From Nemertoderma westbladi (Eukaryota; Animalia; Xenacoelomorpha): 64,000 bases of DNA. The position numbers and the translations under genes were made by a program. The notes under the pieces are model-generated. The model saw nothing but the letters and a program-made list of their open reading frames with translations, did not search any database and was not told the DNA's origin. Shown here piece after piece: positions 1 to 12,454 of the stretch; positions within the stretch are counted from its first letter, which is position 1; each line of letters starts with the position of its first letter. The stretch lies in NCBI GenBank assembly GCA_032718475.1, contig JAUCBJ010005512.1, positions 62,001-126,000 of the forward strand, read 5' to 3'.

Positions 1-2
1 AC

Positions 3-170
3 TTCAAGAAACCCGGGATAATCTTTGAGACGCAACAACTCAATCGCCCAGTTGGTCGTTTATGTTTGCTGGAAAGAGACAGGGAACTCTCCGGAAACTA
101 TGGAAGACAAGACACTCTTCCCACGACCACCTCCCTAATACCTCAAACATCTAGGGGCTCTTCAACGTAG
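3..170 (+). CDS. C-terminus of BEL/Pao pol (integrase), partial at window edge
   Basis: Translates FKKPGIIFETQQLNRPVGRLCLLERDRELSGNYGRQDTLPTTTSLI, nearly identical to the end of ORF 55459..56103; RPxxxLCLL is the typical BEL integrase tail. Confidence 0.9.
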   Translation, partial: FKKPGIIFETQQLNRPVGRLCLLERDRELSGNYGRQDTLPTTTSLIPQTSRGSST

Positions 171-1791
171 TACGTCTGGAGTGGGTGTATGTCTATGTTA
201 TTTTATCTGTTTTTATTACATTTTTATATGTAAATGTTATTATGTACGTTATTATAATCGTTTTTATTTAATTTTATTTAGTAAAATGTTATTTTAGAAT
301 ATTTAGTAAATTAGTGCAATATATTAGTGTTTATTACGTACATAATTACTTATAATATATATTTAGTGCGACGGCAAGAAGTAATTATTTTCTCTTTCCT
401 TACTGTCCGTATTATATTATAAATGCGAGACTATAGTAAGATGACATGTCAGTACTTCTTAAAGTACAATAAAGCCACTACTATATTTAAGTATTATTGG
501 TAGGCAGAGTATTAGGAATGCAGAGTTCAGATCCTCGTGTCTCGGCTAAACCAAGCTCTGGGTAGACCTTGGAAACGACTTGCCTCTTCACACTGACATT
601 GCTTCGTGCGATATTGCTCTTCTACCTTATAACAAATAATACATATAGTAGCGTGATGTCCCTCTAACAGTAGCGTAAATCGCAAATAAATCTGTTAAAC
701 TTTTGACCATCTGTAATTCTAGTCGATTAAGATATCGTGGCACCCACCGATATACTTGAAAGACAAATTCTAGAATCAGTGGTTAACGTCCCCAGACACA
801 TTCTGGAATAAATCGGTGCCTATCCTAAATATTAATTTAATATTTATTAAAATCTGTAAAATTCAGATCCGTTAACAATTCTAGTCGATTAAGATATCGT
901 AGCACTTACCGATACTCTTAAAAGACAAATTTCATAGAATTAAGGATCCTATGTCCCCAGACCTGCTCTGGAATCAAATTGTGTCAATTTTAACATCAAA
1001 TAATAAAATTCACGGGAATAAATTTAAATTCATATTCGAATGAATTTCATAAATTGTCATTTTGTGCAATTTATAACATTCCCAAAATTCCAGTAATTAA
1101 TAGATCATGGGAGCGGAGATTCATATTGAGTGTACTAGAGTGCGAGAATCTCCAATATATAGTCAATAGCCGATAAAATTTATAAAATCAGGCATAAAGA
1201 GAAGATTGACAATTAAAGAATTACTATTAAATAACATCCCAGATCTGTATACATGAGAATTGCCCTAATTCTACCGCTAGTTTTCCATAATGTCACCATG
1301 GCAACACCCACGCTAGAATTAGAAGCAAGTTAAAGGAACAATAAAAAGCTTGCCCCATTGCGTAGCATAAGAGTATACATAGCGCACTATTAGTATCCAA
1401 GGATACATAGTAATAACGTGACATTCTGGAAGACACTGACTAACGGACAAATGGCATGCATGTGTGCAGTAAGTAATGATTGTATGGAATTTGTGCGTTT
1501 ATAGGTGAATGTTACTACTAAAGTGTGTTTACAGTAGCTAATCGCAATTGTAAAATAGCCCTAACTCTACCGAGATAACCTCAAGTGGATTCAAGACTTT
1601 GGGACGGAGAGTGGTGGGACTTGTGCCGGTTATCGTTGTCGTGCTGTTGCTACATGTTGGCGTAAACACTGCGACAGCGGTACATCGGCGCTGAGAAACC
1701 CACTGTCCGGGGGCAAAAGCCTAGTAGGCAGCGACGCCCGCTTGCCTAAAATATTAACTCATATTGATATTAATAAACTCAGATAGCAGAT

Positions 1792-4700
1792 ATGACGGAA
1801 TTGATAGAAGATGACCTTGGTATTAGAGAGCGATATACTTTACCTTTGCAAGCGTTTGTGGATAGCTTGATACGCGGTGAAGCCGATCCGACTATTACGG
1901 AGGACGATGGTCGTTATATCGAACCGGCGATGTCCCAGGAACAACTTACGCGTGAATTGGACTATAGAAAATTCACCGCTCGCTATACGAATCGTAATGG
2001 TACGTATATGGACTTCTTAACTACCGGCCATCCTACCGATTTACATGATACCGATGATGTAGACACCGAAAGGGAAATGGTTTTATTTAAATATCATGCC
2101 CAGCGGAATCGTAATGATAAACCGAGAATAGAACACGAGAACTCTATTCGCAACCTACTCGACAGAGAAAACGTTGAAGAACCCGATAAGCGTATCAACT
2201 TCAACGACTACTTGGAATTTTTGCGAGAAACCTATCCCAATATAGCCAGTCAACAGAACCTAGAGACTTGATATCCTCAAGGTATACATCACGATCCCAT
2301 GGTAGAACTCAAACGACTCTATTTCACCATGATGTATCTTACCGCAGATCGTCCACTGCCTGTTGTCCCGGACAGCTTTGAACAAATGGAAGAGTATTGC
2401 AAAACTGGAGAACGATCACCCGCGTTTCCTCTGCAGGACGTACGTCTTTGGTATTATTGTGACTCATGTCCTAGACCTAACCAGCAAACGGAAAGACATA
2501 AACATCCGCGGAGACGTTGTGCTAAACACAGTTTTACGCGTTATACTTACGGGAGTTTCGAGCGAAACCTGTTCGACGTATCACCTACGATCGCCCGTCT
2601 AAAACGATCGCTAAATAAACCCATGATCAGAGTTCCGGAATACTCGGTCAGACCTCCCCATTTCCCCGTGAGACCTCAAACTCTTGATCCTAACAGTATC
2701 ACTGATCCTCCCGAATTATACTCACTGTTCAAGGATTTGGTGTTACCCGAGCAGTTAATCGGTGGTGTTCCGGCGGTAGGTTCGTTGGATATTCGACCAT
2801 TCTATTTAACCGGATTGGGACGCGGACATCTAACATCGCCATTTAATCCTTACAACCGGCCAGGATTAACTCCGATACAACCTGCCACGGAAGTCGAGGA
2901 GAGTGTCATCAGAAACGCTCTAGACGCCATCCGACAGAAAATCGGAAAGGGAACCCAGGATTTTCTAGAGAAACGTAAATTACAGCAGCAGGTCCAATCG
3001 GTGAAAGAGCTAGCCTTGCCGCAGTTTGATAGAGAAATCCAAAACCTCGAAGAGGACATCGAGCTTGGACGTACGTATTCTCTACAGGAGTTTCTGGAAG
3101 AACGCTTGCAGAAACAGGCGGAGGAGAATCAACTGGAGGAGAGGCATACGGAAATGGATGAGAGAGAAGAAGCCGCTTTAGCCCAACCCGAAACTCAGAT
3201 ACTCATAACCGATCTCTACTCTAAAACCGTCCGTCATCCCTCGATGGTTCCGCATTTCGGAGACAAACTTTTCGCAAAGATACAACCCCAACCGGTTGAT
3301 ATCAGCATAAGATCGCAAAATCTTATCGCTGATGCTCCTATGTTACAGCGTCTGCCAATCGAGGCCGCTCGAGTTGACGGTATACTCGTTGAACCTCCGG
3401 ACAATCGAGCGGATCTTGTCCGTCGTATGGTACACGATGTCAACATACGCGCTAGACCTTTACAGAACTCTTTTTATGGAATTAAAGATCACCCTTATTA
3501 CGTTAATCTGACTCAATATTATATGGTAAAACCAGAAGATCCGATGCATGATTTAAAGTTTCTACCACTAATAAATCCTCTGGACATTGTCGAACTCGAA
3601 CAATTGCAAAAACATCTGGATCAATTAGTAAAGGTAAACTCATTTCGAAAACCATATAACGTTTCTCGAATAGAGAAGGATACAGAACCTCCTTATAATC
3701 TCGATGGATTTATTAAAACTCGATTAGTCCATTGGAATCTAGACGTATTATTCGAGGAGGAGAAAATCCAAAGATATGGAAATGTGGAGACGTATACCAC
3801 TCGATATATGAAGTATAGTGATCTCCCTGACGCTAATCAATGCGCCACCTTGTGGCATCCGGTAGGGATGACCCTTGAGAACGCCACCAAAGAGTGGAAT
3901 GAAACTCTTAATATCATTGAGATGTATGGCGTTGTTACTTACGATAACGAAGGTAGTGTTCCAATCGGAGAATTAGGAACTACGCGCATGATACACATAC
4001 GCGGATTAGCTGGCTCCACTCACGTGTTTACGCGAGCGTGTTCCGACGTGATCGATTATTCCTTTGAAACTCTCACCGAAACTCAAAAGAATCTCCGACA
4101 TGGACAATTCGAACTCGCGCAGCGTTACGTCATTGACACCGAACGCAAACCGGCCATGGGTATCGATGGATCGATGTTACCCCAGCCCGTTCTCGAGATG
4201 TTATTCAACGAAAGAATCATTAAAATCGGCTCAGCTGTTTACAGAGATCTCCAAAACGACTTTCGGAATATGGAGAATATCCCCTATCCTTTCGTGGATA
4301 CTCAGCTGATAGCTCCTTGGGCCGAAGGCCGAGGTTTCTTTCGCACCATGTATGCTAATGCGTCTAGCAACATTACAAAGGTGCAACGAACTTCCATCGG
4401 ACATCTTGCCTTTCAGGAATACGGGTGGAATTTCAAGGTCGGAAATCCCATCAACTATCAACAAGTATACGGAGACCATTATTCTCGATTATACTTTGAC
4501 GGACCGTTGACCGCACCTGGCGCCGTGTATAGCTTCATGAGTGTTCCACTCCGTCCCTCCTTAGCTATCTACACGATCTTCGAAAACACCGCACTTTCCG
4601 GTTGGCTAGCCGATGTGTGCAGTCGCACTATACGCGCCCATCCATTAATCCTTGGGACCAAACTCGCTAAGCTAGATGAACATAATAAATTCATCCGCTT

Positions 4701-6045
4701 TGAATGTTTCCGACGGTTTTTAACCCCGTTTCGCAACGTGGATAGCCAATTCAAAGACCGCGCTTTGACCAAGCTCAGCTTAAGAGACTCGGCTGCGGAG
4801 AAGTTAGATAGCGCTGGATTCGCTATTTTCAGAGACATTTGTGTAATAAACCTGCACTCCTCGGTTATCCAAAGACCTCGGATCCCCACCGGTTATTCTG
4901 TCGTGGAAATTCAGACGGTAGGTCCACTTGAGGAGACAGCCACGCCTACCTCAACTATACAAGGGGAAGACGAACCCATATGTTTAGAATCTGAAGAGAT
5001 TCAGCCCCCCACGTCTCGGAGTAGCGATAGCGACTACATATTGGAATGGTATCAAGGTCCCCAGTGTCTTACTGCGTATGATTATCGCCATGCCAATTAT
5101 GTTTCTAGACAACGTTGTCGGCTGTGCGCATCGAGAGACCATATTACGTCTATGGACACCAACGATCTTTGTTCCTATTTCCACGAGCAACCGTCGATGG
5201 AAATCTATTGTGCATATTGTCGGCTTAATAATTTGCACATTTTTGCTGTCTGCCCCCAATTTATGACTCAATGCCATCATTGTCAATTAAAAGGACACGC
5301 CAGCTTTGATTGTCCCTTTAATCATGATTTAGAGAGCGTAGATGAAATGATTGTACTACGTTATATCAGAGCTTGGGAAGCGAACGCTGATTTACATTGT
5401 GATTCACGCCATCGCTATTATCCTGGACGCGCCTACGAAGGAGTTTATGCGTTCCATCCATATTTGTTTGCCTCCGTCGAGCAGAAATCGCGCCTATCAA
5501 GTTATGAACTATTGAAGCGCGTTGGAGAATGTATTTCAACCAAATATGTACGTAAATTCCTCAGGAGCATTAATCCGAGTGACATCAATTCGTATAACTT
5601 AATAAACTTTATCTGTCAAGATCCGGCCTATGGAGACTTATTTGTCAACTCACACCCTGAGTTACAGGAAGTATATCGACGGCCTTACGAGTACAGAGCC
5701 CGCGAACGCGAGTTGGAAAGAACCATTAAACCAAGGAAGTTTCTAACTGCCTATGGTCCACCCACGGCCCTCGTTCAGACCACTCGTAAAGGACCCGTAA
5801 GAGCGGCTGTCTTGAAACGAGCTCTCAAAGCCGTTAGACCCCTCTCCCCTGACGTTGATGTCAATCAACCCGGTACTTCGACCGGCGGATATACCGATCG
5901 CAATCCCATACCTTCTGATGCAATCATATTGCACCCTTCACCCAGGAGTTATAGCCCTCCTCGTAAAGTGGCTCGCCCCAAAGAGAAAAGGACTCTTGCT
6001 AGCTTTAAAAAACTGCGTAAACGCCGTCCGCGCAAGAAAGACTAA
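1792..6045 (+). CDS. Accessory 3' ORF of element 1: N-terminal domain, DEDDy 3'-5' exonuclease-like domain, 3x CCHC knuckles, basic tail (one in-frame TGA at 2269-2271)
   Basis: ORFs 1792..2271 and 2299..6045 are in one frame with a single TGA between them. Exo motifs: VVTYDNEG (3931-3954), LPQPVLEMLFNERIIKIGSAVYRD, FVDTQLIA, SIGHLAFQEYG, IYTIFE (~4567-4584). Knuckles CRLC..H..C, CAYC..H..C, CHHC..GH..C (5116-5313). Ends KKLRKRRPRKKD. Confidence 0.85.
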
Positions 6046-6123
6046 CTGTTTAGAGTATTTTTATATTTTAGAAACTGTGATTTTGTATATTTTATAGACT
6101 TAAATCCCATTTTCTGGGAGCGG

Positions 6124-7334
6124 TGTAAAAGCTTTTGTGGGATAACTGATACGTTTGCCTTTGCTGGCCAGTTCCCCCCCCAGTCGCTAGAATACTCTCA
6201 AAGGGATTTATAACTAAAATAGTGCAAGCTACCAGCTTATTGGCTGATGTGCTGTGTGGAGATATCTGGGCTCAGTTTAATCGGCCAACCAGTGTAGGAA
6301 GGTTGCCTAAGCCTTGCTGTCCGTGTCGGCCAATAGAATTTGCGTAGGCGTTGATTTCGACCTATCCCAGCGCTACTGAACTGAATTTCCTATCTCACTG
6401 CTCATCCTCTGTGTTGGACGGGAGCTTCGGGGAATAAGAGTTTTTGGTATACTCGTATAGTGGTAGTAGTCATATGATTTTATATGATTCTGTTGTTGTG
6501 TTCCCATTTTCGCCATAACACCGGCTTTTGGGAAGAACTCTAGTAAAACTGCTTAAATTATCGAAAGTATAAACTGTTACCTAACTAACTCACTCATTAA
6601 CTAACCTTACTTAACTAATCAATCTTAACTCACTATTAATCATATTGTTTGTACTGTTATTTACCGTCAGTTATTAATTGTACCTATTTGTTGATGGAAA
6701 TATTGCTCTTTGGATAATACGGATAAATCACCCAAATTTCCCAATTTTCTTGATACACTACAGGTTAGAGAGACAGGCTATACATAACAATTGCGATTTA
6801 TATTAATGTGGTGTGTATTGAATCTAATGTTATTTAGCAGACCCTACATGAGTCAATTACTGCTCTCTTTATGTGTGATCAAATATACTGACGGTCGGCA
6901 GAATAGTGTGCATGATTGTGATTGGTAACAAAGTATTTCCTAAAGAATACGCTTTATACTTTAATCATAAGCAGTATCGTTGCGTTTAGTATAAGTCCTA
7001 GTTCTGTTTAAATAGATAGAGCGCCACGTCCTAAAGGAACTGTTAATATTTCCCGAAAGCCAATAATATCTGTCAGAGATTAATTATTAACGATTTATCG
7101 AATAATACAGTAGGTATACACTGCAACCTTACACTGCAATAATAAAATTTAAGCATCCGAATTCAGCCTCCCGGGTGTAGATCCATCGGGTGAATGATCG
7201 CGCATGGGCTGACTTCGGCTAATGTTTTGCGTATTAGCATAAAATATTGTCGTATGCTAAAGGTGTTTTAATTAACTAAAAGACATATAAATTTTGGCAG
7301 GTTAAACTGCTAAAGGTCTTCAAAAGCGCGAACA
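6124..7334 (+). repeat. 3' LTR of element 1 (~1.2 kb)
   Basis: Starts TGTAAAAGCTTTTG and ends AAAAGCGCGAACA, the same termini as 45312-46395. The 3' half is clearly alignable between the two; the 5' half is strongly diverged. Confidence 0.85.
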
Positions 7335-7719
7335 GATATGTATATTAGATAATATATATATATATAAACAAAACTTTTGTGAGTGTTCCTGCTATGCGGC
7401 AGGTACCCCAAGGCACTTGATAACACTCATAAGAGTTACGGACAGACTCGTAGCGGCGAACGTGGGTTAGCCTCCCGTAAAAGCCTTGACAACAACGAAC
7501 TTGGTTATAATGTGTGTGCAGTTTTACAGATTTCAAGTCAGGAGGGAAATGTAGAAAATTCCAATAGGGCCTATTAATTTTGTCCGTCAGTTACTGTACA
7601 GTGTAGTTCCAAGGTGTAGACAGTATATAGTCACTTTTTAAATAGGCGGTAACATATTTTCTGGTCTACAAACTCGGCCGCCATATAAGCAGCTATAATA
7701 TATCGATATTCTCGGCATG

Positions 7720-9400
7720 ACTACTACTAGGATCGGCATGCTGCATTGCAGCTGCATTTTTAAGAATGCTGTGCCGGCTTGTCAACAAAATTGCACCGCC
7801 ACAACTCCCTATCACCCATGACATTTGCTAGATCATCCGCATCTTCAAGGCCAGTGTCCTTTAAGATGCGTCTCAAGAAAGTCATGGGCTGTCCACCATG
7901 CGTATTCACTCCATGAGGCTGCCAAAGTACAAGATTATGCACTGGCTCATCCTCACGGTGAAAGCAATGTCTTGCAAAGCGGAGGCGATTTTGTTCTAGT
8001 GTCAAGCTTGGAGGAACCAATGAGACACCTCCAATGTTATATAGTGTCTGGTTGGAGATGTGTGCATTATACTTGACACAATGAATCCGGCGTAGCATTC
8101 TTGTGAATGTGCCATCCAGAGATTTGGTGTCCTCAGCAGTTAGAGCCCAGCATGGACTCCCATAGAGGAGTACTGGAACTACTGCTGCTCTAAATAATCG
8201 GACCTTAAGTTTCCGATTAATTCTCGGTGACTTCCAAATCCTGGAAAGCCTATTCAAGGCTGCGCATGCCTTTCCCTTACGTATTCGAAGGTCCTCACCT
8301 GACTTCCGGATCCATGATCCCAGGTAACAGAGGTCGTCCACATGCTCAAGCATACCATCCTTTGAGCTTATGCTCATCCGATCAGAGACTTGCTGAGGAC
8401 TTTCAAAGTTAACTGTCAAAATTTTAGTCTTTCTGGAGTTAATAAAAAGACCAACACTAGATGCAGCATGTTCTAATGAGCTGAGGAGCCGTTGGGCTCC
8501 CTCTAATGATTCTGAGAGTACTCCTAACTCATCAGCAAAGTCTAGATCAGTTAGGTACTTGGCAGGATTTCCTCGACTTATGGAGCCAGTAGGTGGAGTT
8601 ATCATGACCCCATCATCATTATGATGATCTAAGGACATGCGTAGAACATAGTTAACCACAATAATGAACAAGAATGGTGCAAGTTTGTCTCCTTGGAGGA
8701 CGCCCCATAACACTTCAAATGGTTCTGTGTCACCGTCAACAGTAGACACAAATGTTGTCGAACCATCGTATACTGATCTGATTGCTGCAATAATTTCATC
8801 AGGAATCCCATATAATGAAAGTATGCTGAACATACGTGAGCGAGAGCCTTGAAGAAGTCAACAAAGATAACAGCCAGATGCCTGTCGTTCTTTTTTGATA
8901 ATTCTTCAATTATCCTTCTAAGTGCCAAAATGGGCTCCATGGTCCCACGACCTTTACGGAACCCATTCTGATTTCCACGGAGCAGTCTCTCAATGGGATC
9001 CCTGATGCGATTTAATAGAATCCTATTGTATAGCTTTGCAGCAATCGAGATCAATGAGATTCCCCGAAAAGAACCATAGAGTGTTAGGTTGCCCTTCTTG
9101 GGAACTGGCACCAACTTATTTGTTTTCATTTCTTGTGGCACTCTTGTTGTTCGGTACATGTCTACTATGATGGGATAGATGAGCTTTAAACACTCAGGTA
9201 TTTTAAAGACCTCAGGGGGAACACCATCTACTACACTGGCACGATTGGTCTTAATGCTCTTTGCAGCAGCCTTCACTTCTGCAAAGGAGATATCGCCAAT
9301 GGGAATATCTGGGAGTACAGACTCAGACACTTTTACTTCTATAAAGTTATCAGGCAATACCCTGTCATTATTGAGGAGCTTTTCAAAGTGGGCTTTCCAA
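7720..9400 (-). mobile_element. 5'-truncated non-LTR retrotransposon (RTE-like RT), frameshifted near 8840
   Basis: ORFs 8629..9357 and 7760..8833 give FRGISLISIAAKLY, QNGFRKGR, FVDFFKA, GVLQGDKLAPFLF, LDFADE, YLGS; short TAG repeats at the 3' end. Confidence 0.85.
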
Positions 9401-9912
9401 CCATTGACATGCCGACATGTCGTCTTGGAGGTTTACTGTAAGTGTAGAGTGGAGGTGTACCATAGAGTGGGGATAGGCTAGGTCAACCTAGGTGCCAGCG
9501 AGATAGGCCGACATCCAAATGCCGATAGACCTAGAAGTCTGGCTGAGTGGTAAATTATAGGTAAAATAATGTATGATGCAGCAGTAGGGTGTAAAGTTAT
9601 AAAATACGATCATACGAAGTACAGTACCTTATATTTTAGATAATTACAGGAAGGTTTACCTTAATTATTAATTAATTATTAATAATGAATTATTTTTATG
9701 AATTAAATATAGTATACATAAATAATAATTAAATTACAATAGTAAACTACGACTACTACAGAACTAGGTCGAGCGAGCCCGGACAGTGGAAATGAGGCGA
9801 TCCTTCCAGACGTCCTTATTCCTTGAGTTGGATGGTTGCCAGAAAATCGTTCTGGTATGACCTCATGCTTCTTGGAGTTGCATTTATTATCTGATTGTTT
9901 GATTAATTGTAG

Positions 9913-10563
9913 GTGGGTCGAGTTGGAGGAGACCAAGAACTGTCGCTAGGACACGGTTGCCATCTGTCCGGCACCGCCATACATGAGTTCCTTCACGCTG
10001 CCGGCGTTTTCCACGAACAAAGCCGACCTGATCGTGACAGGCATATCCGAATCAACTGGAATAATATCTCAGAGTCTAAGAAGTTAGTTCAGGTAGTGGA
10101 GGGAGAATGTTAACGAAATCAAAATTCATCCCTTTTCATGGAAAAGTCGACTCAAATAAGTGTCTATCGTATTTGTCCCTTATTTCATGTTTTGGTTAGA
10201 AGAACACATTCTTGCTCCTTTCCCTTGATTGATATTAACATTAATTCGACGAGATAGGATTTCCGTGAATGGATTCACCCCCCCCCCCCCCCCCCCCCCA
10301 AGTAATATTAATTATGCCTATATTATTTAAAACAATTATTATGTCTACTTTATATTTCATATATTCTCAGATATAATTTCAACAAACAAGCCATTGACTC
10401 CTTGGGAAGTCCATATGAAACAAAATCAATTATGCACTATTACAGCCAGGCTTTCGCTACCAGTGGTAACAGTATGGTAAAAAAAAATGGTGATTACATT
10501 CCATGGAACTACAACCCAACAGCAGAAGATGCCAGGCAGTTGAATAAATTCTACGGATGTTAA
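9913..10563 (+). CDS. Astacin-family metalloprotease, last two exons (9913-10082, 10371-10563); upstream exons not found
   Basis: Exon A carries the zinc motif HEFLHAAGVFHEQSRPDRD. GT at 10083 and AG at 10369-10370 join in phase to YNFNK..DSLGSPYETKSIMHY (Met-turn)..LNKFYGC*. AATAAA at 10681. Confidence 0.88.
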
Positions 10564-12002
10564 CTCGATCTGAGCAAGAGGGTGATTGGGAAAATCTGAA
10601 TGATTATTAGGTACTTTGGGTTTACATTTGTAAAATTATTTTTGTGGTAAATGCTGCTTAAAAATGTAATAATTATTTGTAATAAAAAAGCTAAAAAAAA
10701 CTCGCAGTTCTATTTTTTTCGTGAATAATAATTAATAACATTCCACCAAGGAATTTGAATTCTGAACCTAATTTAATTATTACTTAATTCCCTTAATGAC
10801 AAGTAAAGGTAATCTTATTCTCACAAATCTTATTGGGCGAAGCTTGCTTGCAGGCGAAGGTTGGACGCGGGCGAAGGTTGTACGGGGATGAAGATTGCAC
10901 CCAACCGTACAGTCCCTGACTGACTCTAAGCAGTATTGAGTCATACAATAACAGTCTGACAGCAGCACTACCTACAAGTCTACTCTGCCGACTGCAGGTA
11001 CCGGTACAGTATGCATGACAGTGTGAACTTTAAAATGTTTCAGTTTAGTAGGTAATAGGTAGGGTAGCCTAACACAGTACAGCAGTAATAGGCCAGCATG
11101 TAAACACTCAACACATGCACCAAAACTGGTACCAGTATTGGTACTACTGGCTAACTGCTACAGGTACTGTAAAAAATTTTAAACGCTATGACTGTACTGC
11201 TGTACCACTGCGGGCCTTTACTGCTATCAGCTATCTCAGTATCTGGCTATACCGGTCAGCCGCCAGCCGGTAAAGTTTGAAAAACTTCGGCCCTGTCGGC
11301 TTCGGCCAAATTGACCAGACTCCGGCTCCAGCCAATGAGCCTGATCCTACAGTACTGGTACCAGACCAGTACTGCAGCAGGTGGAGTAGGTACTGAACAG
11401 TACCGGTACCGGTACCAATAACAATTAACAATAGCCTACTGCTGTACTGAATATAAAAAACTTCTAATTACAAAATTCAAGCAGTCGTGAGTGTTTCTCA
11501 GTTTTTTGTATATTTGTCTGTTTGTTTGAATTAGAATTTTGTAATTTTAAGTTTTTTATATTTAGTATTGTTATCGGTAGTTATAATACTGTTACTGTAC
11601 ACTCTGCTGACACTCATTCGACGGTCCTACGAATTACCGGTACCCAAAAAAACACAAAATTACCCAAAAATATATAAAAAAACACAAAAATTTACCCAAA
11701 AAACACAAAAAAACACAATATTAGGGGCTTACCCAAAAAACTTACCCAAAAAGACAAAAATAATTTATATCCTAGGGTAAGATACCCCAATTCCGGACAT
11801 TGCAAATTCCGGACAACCTACTCAAATTCCGGACAAACCACTTATTCAATACAAATTATACCACGAAATTTAAGAATTTTGCGGTTTTTCTGTAACCTGT
11901 CTGTCTACTGTAGGATGGCTAAAACGTCTGTCCTTATCTGATCTGATCTGATCTGATCTGACGGTATCTGACACTTGTTCCACCTTGCAGCCTTGGTTAA
12001 GA

Positions 12003-12140
12003 GTCCACCTTGGTGTAGTGGTTATATTGAATTCACGTCTCGTGGAGGTTGTGGGTTCAATCCCGGCATGGGGGCCAAGGTAGTTTTCGTTTCGGCACGA
12101 ATGTTTTTAAGGGTTTAACGAGGAATCTCTGCCTTGCATC
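12003..12140 (+). mobile_element. tRNA-derived SINE copy
   Basis: A box TGGTGTAGTGG and B box GGTTCAATCCC; body alignable with 27930-28075. Confidence 0.6.
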
Positions 12141-12454
12141 CTTAAATGATAGCTAAATGAGTACTGGAGTTTCTGCCCATGTCAGCATGTGAAGTTTCCC
12201 TGGTATTCCCCTTAAACACGGGGGGGGGGGGTCAATATAACACCTCCCCCTCTGAAACAACGATACTAACTGAAACGAACTAAAAGGAATTCAAATAAAA
12301 TAAGCTAGAAATTTTAAACTTGTTTTTAGCGGCTGGAGCCAAATTTTGATGCCGGCCCATGTGAAGAATACCAGAATTTACCTTTTCGGTCGACTTTTAT
12401 TGGAATTTTATATACGGTATGCAGATTTTAATTTTTTTTGTTTATCTTTATTAA

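Larger units (their letters stand above)
1..7334 (+). mobile_element. BEL/Pao LTR retrotransposon, element 1 (3' portion: integrase end, 1.6-kb spacer, accessory ORF, PPT, 3' LTR)
   Basis: 1-1040 aligns closely with 55933-57008 of element 2, which has BEL gag/pol motifs. A purine-rich GGGAGCGG (6116-6123) precedes an LTR running TGTAAAAG...GCGAACA. Confidence 0.9.

Noticed and set aside
6760-7334. LTR structure as a group I/II intron, hammerhead or dicistrovirus IGR IRES
   Set aside because: I could not place the required conserved elements (P/Q/R/S order, GUGYG..AY, CUGANGA/GAAA) in both copies; left unassigned.
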